Shown in pieces: positions 1 through 11,649 of a DNA stretch of 64,000 nt. The DNA is from Raillietiella orientalis (Eukaryota), in the NCBI GenBank assembly GCA_036172245.1, contig JAYWIR010000018.1, positions 3,286,001-3,350,000 on the forward strand, read 5' to 3'. The notes beneath the pieces are model-generated. The model was not told the DNA's origin. It saw nothing but the letters and a program-made list of their open reading frames with translations, and searched no databases. The position numbers and the translations under genes are program-made. Within the stretch, counting starts at the first letter, position 1. Each line of letters starts with the position of its first letter.

Positions 1-1249
1 GGAAGAAAATCATGTGCACTAGATCAAGTCTGCTTGAAGATGTAGCAGTGATTTCTTCATTTGAATGAGATGTTGCGTAAAGGGAATTGACGCTTAGTAC
101 TTACAGTGCGAATCCAGAAATCATTTCGGAGAATTAAAAAGAAATAGGTGGAACAGTCGAAATTTCAAAGAAAACTCCGGAAATGCCGGTTTCAGGTGCG
201 CATTTGGAATGTCTTCTTTTTTCTCAGCCACATCGATTTTTGAAATAGTGACTATTAAACAAAGATTTCCCATGATGACGAATAAGAGAAATGCCACGGT
301 ATGTAACAAGGGACTCGAGTTTTTACGAAGGAAGACCAATGTAGAACTTAAGGAATGCATGGATTAGATGATTGGGTCAGATCAGTGAAAAGTGCTCTGA
401 TTAAGTATTCATTTCATTTGTATCCCTGCAACTGGCATGGTAGTAAAGACCTGAAATGCTCGAGAACAGTCCCATCAACATGAGGCACATTTCACCTACA
501 AAAACAAGCCATGATGCAAGAGATTCGTGGATAATGGAACGTGAGTGCTCTGCAAGATGAACTCGGAAGACAAGGATCCTACCAGAAAAGATTGGAAGAA
601 CATGCCATGCAATGTAGTAAGATGTGTGATAATGCAGGAAAGAATGTCAGAGATTCCACACATTCAATAAAATAGTGAAAGAATCAAATTAGGAAGTAAG
701 TTTGTCAGTACTCGGTTTTGTTTTGTTCACTCGTGGACATGTATAATAAACGATTTGCTGGCAGACGAAAGCCGATACTTATTGCCTTTGTGAAACGAAC
801 AGACAAACGTTAAATAGCTTTCTTCCCCACCAACTCCAAGATTCCATCATTGCAGAAGTGCACGAAACACATCATGTTGACGACCCCAAGTAATGTTTCT
901 TAAATCCAATTCAGTGAATTCAAATCTGGAACTTGATTTGCGAACAGAGAAAATGAAGTCCTTAGGAAAAGAAGCACACATCACGGCATCCTGCCTATGT
1001 TTTGAATCTCCCAGCAATCCTTCTGTGCACAGCTTTTCTGAGATGATCAATGTCGAAGGCATGCTGCAACTAATTGTTCCATCTTATGGAGAAATTCGTC
1101 AATACTATTCAAATGATTCCGGGACTGATGTAGAAATGGCCGACCAGACTGTGGATGATCTAATGACTTGCCTTGAGAAATTTGTTCATGAGGATTTTAA
1201 TCATGCATCAGCGGTTTTGACACATTGTACGAAATGATCTGTTACGGGC

Positions 1250-2900
1250 GTTCGTTCTTTAAATTGTAGCTGACGGACATCAGGTTTACTTAGCATATAG
1301 TATTGCGTAGTATACTAGTATATAGACACGGTTGTGCAGTCTTTTCGGACGAAGAATATTCCCTACACAGATGTCCGATAAGGAACCAACATGACATGCG
1401 AGACGAGATGCTTCCTACACTGCAGAATAAGGCAGGGATTCCTTCGATAATTGATCTGTTGGAGTGGCATCTCTGCATCCACTGAAAGTAAAGCAACTGA
1501 GGTTGCCTTCGGACGCAAGTGTTTTGAAATCACACTTGCAGGTTTCTTTTAGACGAGCACGAAAGCCAGAGCGGCAACATCGAAATAAACGAAAATGTAG
1601 AAATATTCTAGAATGAAGCTTACCCAAGCCCAGCTGCAATATGCTTCCAGTTTGTCTGCCGAGTAGGTTTTTTGTTTGTCTGGAAGCTTCAGATTTGAGC
1701 ACTTATACATCTGAGTTTATCTCTCAGAGGAGAATACATCTGTCATGTCATTTTCAGTACGGCGGAAGTATTCGACTGTGTAGCGAAAACACTGTTCCGA
1801 GTTGATTGTGGCATCACAAAACCGATCCTCTCGGCTCCGCTGGCAGACTGCTGTTTGGTGTGTGGGGCGGAACGATCTTCGAAATTAGGGGGATAACAGA
1901 GTAGATTTCATGAATTTTCTGGAAAGGTCATACATATCGAGTAGGCAATGTTAAGAAATTGATCATCTTGCCGCTGGCTTCGTTACCTTTGGCCGATCCA
2001 AAGCTTCCAGCTGAAACGACACGAAAGGTTTCCTTTGAAGTACACCAGACAAAACGTTCAAAAGATGCGCTCGGTTCCCGAACACGGCCAAAGTAGCTAG
2101 CAAACTACTAATTCCACTCAAAGACAAATTAATCTTCGGCTTTGTTCGTGTTTGAATTACTACTTTGGCTTAGTAAATGCTCTTTTGCGTTTACTGTGAC
2201 ATGCCAAGCACTTTTGGAGAAAGACTCATATTGGAAGTTTACTCATGGATGCGTAAAATGTATTGGTCCTGGATTCATCAGTAATCCCAAACACATAGCG
2301 ACCTTCCTGATCTTTATTAGCACTTTTGTGAAGCAAAGTGCTGTTTGGACAGAAAGTGGGACCTGTTGATCCGGAGATAAAATGGGCTCTAGTCCCTCTT
2401 TCGTACCAACCTCTATTTCTCCAGACTGTTAGCAGCAATACACGTAGTTCAAAATGAAACTCTTGAGCTCCATCATGCCTTCAGGATTTCCAGGTTTACA
2501 AATGCGTGCCCCATTCCCAAACAGCTGCTGTTTATTTTATTTTTTGAAGCGGCATTGCTTCAATAGTGACCCAGCATGTGTTAAGAAAAAAGCTTGCGCT
2601 CAGTCGTCGTTGCCTTTGTGCGTTTTTTTGAAAAAAAGGGTTTTTATTCATCGCATCTTGTAGTGCATAAGGCACCGTTCCATTGCAAATACAAACAAAT
2701 CTCTTTTTAAGTGATCGCCATTCAAGATTATTCTATTCTATGGCTATGGCTATCACTCCATTCTTCAAGCAACCAGGTTCAATGATCGGGATGGCACCAT
2801 CAAATCATAAAATTGATTCACTGGTGCCGTCCGAATCTTTGAAATCAAGGGGAAGGCATCATTTGCGAAAATAATTTTAAAAAAGATATGGAATCATGAA
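1250..2900 (-). mobile_element. Probable hAT transposase relic
   Basis: LNVLSGVLQRK (cf. LS..LQ.K), IVPP...YFRR, and a C-terminal LVP...KRL...LRNTI (cf. dimerisation domain ERSFS.L..K..LR.TM), all across frameshifts. Confidence 0.35.
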
Positions 2901-5900
2901 AATATTCACGTCATTGTTCCCACCGTGCTTTTCATGATAATATTGCCTTGGCTTTGCTCTGGGGCCGTATCCTATTCGAGGGCGGTGACGTGATTCCTGC
3001 TAGTGTAGGCCACCTTTTCCTAAAAGCGACATTGCCAAGTGCTGGGCAACACAGTTTGTCCTGTTACGGGAGTGGGAGATTGCTTGGAGACGGGGAGTGG
3101 CCACGGCGACGGGCTTAGCATGTAAATGCTGAAATCTGGGAGAATAGAGGAAACAAAGATTGTGCGGCACATTGACTGTGGCACATCTGCTTAGCTTTTC
3201 TTGCCTTGGAAACCAGGTTAGGGTTTCTAACCTCTAATATTAGAATTCCTTGCATATTGTTCAGGAAGAATTATTTCGTTCTTGATGGGTGATATCCAGT
3301 CGATCTTAATCTCAAAAGTTCAGTCTCTGATTGAAACATGAAAAATCCCGAGAACCGGTTCGGAAAGATTTTGATTTCACAAAGAGTCTTTTGCCTGTTT
3401 CAAGGAACTCTGTTCCAAGAAAGGTAAAGTTTAAAGGAACTCGTGGTTTAGTGAAACTGAATGACTATCATCATTTCTATATATGAATTTGTATATGTGA
3501 CCTTACAATTTATCTTACTAATTTGTCACAAAATGAATTTTCACGTCCAAATCGGAAAGCATCATTTCTAGAGTTGGCACTAAGCAAGGTCAGCTTAAAG
3601 TATCGTAGAAGATTCAAGAAATGGCTTACAATATGGAATCCTGGATTTGGATCACTACCGAAAGATAGAATAAGCATGAAAATGGCACGTAAAGCGAGTT
3701 CTAGAAATGCTCTTTACCGAAACTATGTAAGCCTCAAAATCGAATGAAAGACACGCATGCATTTTCTTGGGTCGTTTGCTTATTTGTTCGTCTTTGTTCT
3801 CTGGTCTCCCAGGACTGTGTGGTGGTCACACAAACCTAAATAATGCCTCAGGTCAAGATTTTTGCTTCCCATACTTTCTTGAGTCAAACATCATTCAATC
3901 CACAGGGTGCGGAAACTTTTGTTATAACGTGTCGGAAGACTTGGAGGCAGGAAAAACGGTTTAAGATGGAAACAGCTTTCTCTTCGGCTAATAAAACATT
4001 TTGCTTAATTAATTAATTTTGCCCGAATTAAAGTTAAATCGAAAGCGAAAACGAAAGTTTCGGAAATAGTCGAAGCGTTGTACCGATTCCTGTTTTCGTT
4101 TTTACTATTCAAAATATCAGAAGTTTTCGTATTCATGGAAAGGGAATGAATTATTTGGAAATTCTTTGATTATTTAGTGCCATTAGCCTGCATGCGTGGT
4201 GACATAATTAGACGGTGTTTATTGATTATAAAATAAGTGAGCGATTCATAGATGAATGCTGATCGAATTACGACTGGCGGGTGTTACAAATCACAATGAG
4301 GAAGTCTTTTACAAGACTCGGTCGTCCCCGGACGACTTCTTTAATTATGAATAACTAATTACAGAAAAATTGTGCATTCTATTGATACCACCATTCTTAA
4401 TTAAGATTATCATCATGCGTTTTTTGTGGAATCGGATCCACGTTTATCTTCCTTGTCACTCGTTAAACATCGTAAATCTGATTCGCAGTCTTCTACCGAG
4501 TTTTGTCCCATCCATTCGTTGCCTGGATCTGTCGGATTCCTCCAACACGTGGGCACTCCGAAGAGGAAGAAAAGGGAATGGAACTGTATTTTCTTATTCA
4601 TTAACGCTTTTTATTTGGCACTGGAACTACTAATTACCTTCGTTTGATTCCATTTTTTGATAGCACATTCTGTTATGCTGCAGGTGCCTCCCTCCTAATT
4701 GGCTGTTGTAAACGCAATGGGAATTTCGCTTATCATTAGCATAGAATACCTAATTCATGCTGATGATGAGTAAAATTTATCATAACCTTTTATTTATTAT
4801 TATATTTTAAATATGCTCTCCTATATGTAACATGTGTATTCTGAATGTGCATATTAAATGTAAAATGTGAACTTGCGACCATCTATTGCTTGCGACCAAC
4901 ATTTGTAAAATTAGAATTGAAGTTGGAATTAAAAAGTTTTCAGGTTGTGACTCGGATTTTCAATTCAGTCTCTCACTAATATGGATGTGAAGTAAATTTG
5001 TGTTTTTTTTCCTTTTTTTTTTTGTGATGCGTTTTGTTGAAAAATTAATAGCGCTTACCAAGGATTTCTAAAATGTCAGCGGGAGCACTTGCAGCATCCG
5101 ACACCATTCAGAAACTATTCTTAAAGAAATGGATCTCAAAATTAATGCGAATAGGCTGTTATGAACTCAATAAAAAAAAGGTTTGCAGTTTGATTTCCTG
5201 AAACGGAGTTCTCATGCCTGTTGGAGAAGCTCTTTCCTGTTGAAATCGAAAAATGCATCGGTGCATACTTGTTTATTCAAAGAATAAAGGCGAATGCTGG
5301 ATCCATTAATATGAAACATTCCATCAACTTGAAAAACTTTGAAAAGTACAAATTACTGAATGGAGACCTTTCAAATTTTTGAACTTTGTATTTCATCATA
5401 TTCTAGGCATTTTATCTCATCCGCACGTGGGCGGGGATTTCTGCAGAGTACCACATCGTATTGCATTTTTTTGGATGAAAATTATGCATTGCCCTGTTCT
5501 ACTAAACAGAACTCCAATATCCTTCATCTGTGGCAATTCTTCTCAAGGCGGATGATGGTGATCGCTTCAGAATTCATCAGAATTTTTTACTTGTTGAAAG
5601 CTGCGTTAAGATCAGTAATGAGGTACCATTCTCCTACAGCATCCTGACCGGATGAAGATTCTCCTTTTCTCTGAGCAGCATTTCGAACCAGGGTCTACAG
5701 GTTTGTACTGTCTTCGATCTGAAGAAAGCGGGAATTTAGGAATGTCTGACGGATTCGATCCGCCTGCCCGTTCAATTCAAGGGCAATGATGACACTTTTG
5801 TCGCTGATTCTTCCAACTGATCCTTTATCTTAGCAAAATAACTCTTCGGGCACCTAAGATTGAGATGAGTGGCGCAGGCAGTCGAGTAAGCCTTGCGGAC

Positions 5901-8174
5901 AGTCGTTGCGTCGTTGATCTCCCGCAAAACGAAGGTGGGAGGAAGAAAGTGTCCTTGCATTGGAATAACGCAGCTGAGACGATCCCCTCTCATCGTCCTG
6001 CGATTTGATGGAACAATCCGAATCTTCTAGACAAACGGTGGATCCAACTTTACGCTGACCGCGATCACGACATTACATTCATCTTTGTGGGGAAGTCTTC
6101 ATAGTTTTCTTTTCTTTTTTTGATAAGGTAAGGGCAGGGAAAATTCCCGTAAATGAAGATGCATGATGAATTTGCTGAGGAATCTGCGTGTTTCGTCTTC
6201 CCAGTGTAAGACTCGCCCGCGACTTTTCGAGGAGTGCTCATTCCAATCTGCGGGTCGTAGACCTAGTACCCGAATCACACTACAGGAACAAATACCCTCT
6301 TATCAGCTCCCGCAGCAAACCCAATTGGACCTGTACGGTCTGAAGGGTGAATCCCCTGATTGTGATGAAAGGCATGGCAGCGGCAGGCATGGAAGGCACG
6401 CGACGTGGTTTTCCGATGATTAATTGCTCGAAACGGATCTAGAGATTTCAGTGTCTTCTTTCGAGTGTTACGAGGGGGTCACGGGATGATGAGGTCCATG
6501 CAATGCACGCAAACCTCTGCTTCTAAATCTTCAGTGCGTCAAGGTTAGTGTTCCTGGCTCTTGTCTTCGTTTGAAACAGCCATGGCGATTGAGCCGGCGA
6601 ACGGCAGGAAGGATTCGAAAAGCAAGTTCGCTGTCAAAGTGATCACTGGTTGGGTGTGCACTTGGATTCGTACCTACGTACACGTGCACGCATGTACACA
6701 GATCACTTGCAATGAAGTCTTGTAATTCCCACTTTTGTTTGTTTGTTTAGCATATGCATACGTTTCGCTGCATTGTGGATCGCTCCATTGGTAGCTGATT
6801 CCGGTTCGAGTCTCGTGTGTCCAGGCGTTCTCTCCCAGCACCGGCGGTAGAGATGCAATTTGTACGAAAGTCTTTTGTCTTGGGTTGATGTGCACCGATT
6901 GCGAAGAGCGAGAGAACACAGGGGTGGGAAAACATGTCTTGATTCTTGCTGTCTTGATGGCAGATAATTTCCAAGGACAGCGGTCTCTACCTTTGCGGCT
7001 GCTGAGGACGGACTCCCTGTTGTGTGAAGCCAACTTGATTTCTTCTGCACATTACCTGTTTTCCCTGAGGGAGCCTAGGAGTATGAGTCCTTCATCTTAG
7101 TCGCTAATCTCTTCACAGATCTTTTCGCGTCCCAGTTAAGCGCGACGGCTCTCATCGCTCTCGTCCCGTTTTTGAGAGCCGCGGTTCTACTTTCCACAAG
7201 CAGCAAATGCTCCTGTTCCTCCCACAGATATAACTCCATTTGCTTCATTTCCTACAGCATTATATGCTGTTCGAAAATGCTCCGCAGCATCAGATTACAG
7301 AAACTGATCAGAGGGACTTTGGAAACGCCGTTTTCATAGTACCCGAATCTTCGGTACGCCGACTGATGTTCCTTATTCTGTTGGCTTTTTTTTCATCAGA
7401 ACGATGGGCACGAAAAGATCTTTAAAAAATTCTCTCTTCTTCCAATATTGCCCTTCAGAGGTGCTCCTGTTCTCGTGTAGGGATCAGGACTACAGCTTCA
7501 AGCAGACAGTGAGAATTTTCCCTTGTGGACAGCAGATATTCATTCCTCGTGGTTGTCATAGATGACGTGGAAAGGTTCTCGCAGTTCCACGTCAAATGCA
7601 TCGTCTAAAGTCGGGGCAAAACGGATTCTGTTTTCTTTCAATTCTTTTTATACATGTTTTACAGGAGCTTTGCTTCATTCTTTGCTAGGCCATCCACTTC
7701 AATAAGAGATTCTCTCGTTCTTGCGTCCATCCTGCAAACAAGGTGGAAATTCTTCAAAGAGGATTCGTAGGCATGAAAGCATGTTTTCTCATAGTATGAC
7801 TCTCTTTGTTAAGTCAAAAAGCGGTTCACTGTACCAATTGAGTTCACCCTCGTCTCACAAGCTGCAATTATCGGATTCCCATGTTTCGATCGTGCTCTGC
7901 GAAATCCCTTGATCTGGGAACCGTCTGGATCGCTTAAGCGTGATCGTTTTCTTCGATTCCATTGCTTAGAAGATTTGGCTTTGGAACGTTCGACATAAAT
8001 GGACGCAGTTCAAACTGAGAGCTGATTCCAGGGTGTCGAAACAGAATGTGGGGTAAAGAGTCCTACCACACCATTCTAAAGGATTGATCGACGAGATTAG
8101 TCTTAAGCATCGCCACGCGTGACTCTTTCTTTGAGATTCTGTTTATTTCACTATTTCTATAAGTGATCTTTTTT

Positions 8175-8209
8175 TTTTTTTCTGATCAGGAAGAAAGAAT
8201 CATTCATTA
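8175..8209. repeat. Perfect 35-bp direct repeat (target-site-duplication-like), left copy
   Basis: tttttttctgatcaggaagaaagaatcattcatta is identical to 8953-8987. Confidence 0.92.
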
Positions 8210-8952
8210 GTAAGCCCGCGTCGGAGGCCGTGTGGTTACGGTGGTCTCCGCGCGCGTGGCACCACCAAGCGTCGTGGGTCCCGAGTTCACCGCACAAGAT
8301 GACGTTGGTTGGCCTACATTCATCCGGTTGCAGCATTAGTAGCGGTTTAAACCGGATGCTCCCGATGAGGGCCGGGACAAATGGGAGTCGACCTCCGGGT
8401 CCTTCCAGGAATCAAGGAGTGAGAGCTCCCCTCCGGTTGTGAAGGAGCGGACCCTTCATTCTGGGGGGATCTTCCGCGTCGTACTGATGGAGTAGGTGTG
8501 TCGCCACCGCCTCTCCAGAGAGTGCAGAGAAGCGAGCCGATTTTATCGGGGAATTCGGAGCTTCTGAATGTCGGAAGCGTCCCTTCTGGGTTCTCTTCAG
8601 AGGAGTGAAAACAGGATGGGATCCCTTCCGGGTTCCCTTCAGAGAAGAAAAACTGGAGCGGACCCCTCCAAGGGTCTCTTCGGACAGAATAAGGAAGATT
8701 TCCCTTCGGGATTCCCCTTCGGAGACAACCAGGATGGAGGTGATCCCCATTTCCGGGGATCCCTCCCCAGGAGTGAGAGGGACGGACTCCGAGTCCCTCC
8801 TGGATTCATAGGGAGGACTAATCCCGGGGTACCCTCTATCTGGAAGACTACCCACCTTCGGGTGGTGTGGAACCGTGTCGAAGAACTGCGGAGGCAGAAA
8901 AGGATTTCCATCATCCATTTCCATCATGATTTCTGTAAATGACGTTTGTTTG
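8210..8952 (+). ncRNA. Insertion of an unidentified, highly structured GC-rich RNA-like sequence with a U-rich 3' end (putative retrocopy)
   Basis: Sharp GC rise relative to the flanks. More than a dozen adjacent stems, e.g. catccggtt/aaccggatg, ggagg-gatcccc/ggggatc-cctcc, gagggac/gtccctc, tggagtaggt/gcctctcca and ccacc-TTCG-ggtgg. Ends in tttgtttg plus T7. Bounded by a perfect 35-bp direct repeat. Identity and strand are inferred. Confidence 0.5.
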
Positions 8953-8987
8953 TTTTTTTCTGATCAGGAAGAAAGAATCATTCATTA
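8953..8987. repeat. Perfect 35-bp direct repeat, right copy
   Basis: Identical to 8175-8209. Confidence 0.92.
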
Positions 8988-11649
8988 ATGTGAAGAGAGC
9001 TATCAAAGAATACTTTGATGAATTTTCATTTGAGAAACCCGCCGAGAGGTTTTTCAATGAGCAACTCAGTAATCCATCATAGTTTTCGGCTTTTGGGATG
9101 AAGGTGATCAATTCCAAACGCGGTACGGTCATCTCTTCCTGGTTTATGGTGTTTCAGAGGCGTGCCGCCAATATACAGCACGCTTACAGCGTCAAATTGC
9201 TCTCTTTTTTTTTTTTTTTTTTGTCATATTCGCAAGCTGCGTCTTGCCGTATTGCTTGGGTAGGCGACGCTGCTGTCACTTCTACGTGAGTTGTAGTTGA
9301 CAGAGTAGGCAAAGGAACGTAGGTATCTGGAATATTATGGTTTTATGAATTGCACGAACGTCCCTATGAACCAAAAGACGATGTTGGATCAATTTTTGGA
9401 CAGCAAGTTGCCAGCGCAGCTGATTTCAAAGAAAGAAATCAATTTGCAATAAGGTGTACCAGCAAGGTATCGCAGCTTTGGGATGTTGATTGAAAATATT
9501 TCACAATATCCTTGTAGACTCATTCCCCACGCTCTTTCTTCCTTGGAGAGACAATAGGAGTGAAAAGCTCCAGTTCCAATTGATTTCTCCGTTTTTGTTG
9601 TTCATAGTCCTAATTGTGTCCATCTTAATGGAACTCTGTTCACGGGTTTCAAGCTAAGACAGCGCTAGGAAAGAGATGTCTACAGATGTCATCTTGTTAT
9701 GAAGTCGGCAAGGTCCCCCAAAATTTCTTACTCTAAACTAACGAGATCCCTCTATTAAATGAGATTGTGCTGTATATTTCGTGTCGTGGCACAGAAGGAA
9801 CCCTAATTGCTTTCTTCGTCACGCATTGGATCCGGAGCTTTAAAGCAGCTTTTGTGTTCTTGCTTTCCCTGCAAGAAAGAGCACACTAAACTTCATGATG
9901 AAAGTCTGCCACTAATTCTGATAGAACATACCGATCACGGAGCTTTCCAGAGCGGCGAAGAGGTGCAATCGAGGTGCAGTGGATCTGAGATTCATTTCGT
10001 TTCCTTTGCCAACTATTTGAAAGCGAGAGGCACATTTTAATTAATTTGGTTTGCTTTTTGTCCCTTTGGGTTGCCTTATTTTATCAGAATGCTTCAGACA
10101 AGTTATCGATGACTTTACTCAAGCTCAATGGATCCGGATGCTGGTTTCCTTTCTTGATTCTTCTGTGACTTCATTTTTTGTTTGATGCCGAGAGCCCTAT
10201 AGTAAAACCATCATGAATCACGTAGTCCATTGACTTTTGCCAGTGGAATACGCTACCTGCCTTGATATACCATTTATCAGGGACTGCGTGTGCTCCTTTT
10301 GCAAGTTTTCCTTTTCCTTTCGTAGTTTCTCATCTGTAGACGTTTGCGAAGGAAGGATGTTCTTAATTAGTTAGGAAAAAGATTAAAGTGCTAACTACTG
10401 GGTTGTAATGCTCTATTCTCTGATACAATTCATTTATGTACTCATGTGGACACTGTAACAGCCGTAGAAGGTGCAATTCCTGAAAATTTTCTGAAAGAAC
10501 AAACCAACTTAGTCTTTCGAGATTGGCTTCCGTTTTCTTTTGGTGGGAACTGATATCAAGAGGTAGTCATGCGGAGCTACTGAGAGATCAAAGCTATATT
10601 TTCGGAATGAAAGGGGTTGCTTCTGGATCATGATAAATCAGATCAGACCCCTTACTTGATTAAGCAATTGGCAGTCTGTTCCTGACTCTTTGTTTCTGTT
10701 TCTCTTAGACGAGGTCGTTCAACTGCTCCCACCTTCCGTTTACACATATATACAGTGAGTTGAGGATGTAACTTTTTCGTCAGCTCGCTGACTTCTCAAG
10801 AAACAAGGATTCAACATCGCAGAATGAATGTCGGGTCCTTTTCGGTCAAAAACTCTGATAATGAATTTTGTGCAGAGTGAAGTTGATCACTCTTCCTGCT
10901 GCACCTACTTAAGAAGAATTCCAAGGCGTATCCCTGTATTCTCTGGATTAAAACAGCATTTCTCGAAAGTATCAGATTTCTTCTTAATTATCCCATGAGT
11001 TTATATTATTTCCAGTCACCGTGATCTCAAGCACCAATGCGACCGAAGTATCCAAACATAAATTTAATCCTCTGCTTGAGACTAAGTGCTCATCTCTTCC
11101 ATCTCATACATCTTCTCCATTATAAACAGTTATTTCTTGGAAAGTTCTTTTTAAAAACATTCACTGCTCATAAGAAACCGCATGCAATGGTACTTTCGTT
11201 GTTCCTTCCTTCATTTGTTAAGAAAAAGCAGTGCAATTCTTTGCAATTTCTCAGTAAGGGTAGTTCGTTGTCCCTACCTTCTTCCTAATGTCCGATCCTT
11301 CTTATAAAAAGGTTACTTACGAATCGAAAACTTATCCCGGAGGGTTGCACTGGCAAAGAATGCACGGATTTCAGCCTCATTCACGGATTCACGGATTTTG
11401 GCTGACGCGAAGTTCAGGTTTATTACTGGTCATTAAGGTTAAGGTTAGGGGTAACGTTTACTTACTACACACATGAGTCTTCTGCTACACGTAATATTTC
11501 ACATACTATTGACTTGCATATTGGGAAAAAAGAAAAAGAAAAATGAACTACTCATCAGTCGGTCGTTCATTGTTTTTTTTTTTTAAAATAAAAGGAAAAA
11601 ATCAGAAAAAAAAAAAAAACCTTTAGTCGGTGGTGCCGCTCATCACGTG

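Noticed and set aside
6776..6815. tRNA-like A/B box words (gctccattggtag...ggttcgagtc); also ggttcgactcc at ~52374
   Set aside because: No cloverleaf and the box spacing is too short. At most a SINE-head remnant.
8360..8605. Hammerhead-like words (ccgatgag, ctgatgg, minus-strand ctgaaga)
   Set aside because: No correctly placed stem II plus GAAA and cleavage triplet found by eye.
8412..8942. Several 68-171 aa ORFs in the structured insert (considered as a delta-antigen-like or viral protein)
   Set aside because: Pro/Gly/Ser/Arg-rich composition is expected from GC-rich hairpin DNA, and no motif is recognisable.
11432..11452. ttaaggttaaggttagggg as a telomeric (TTAGG) seed
   Set aside because: Too short and imperfect.
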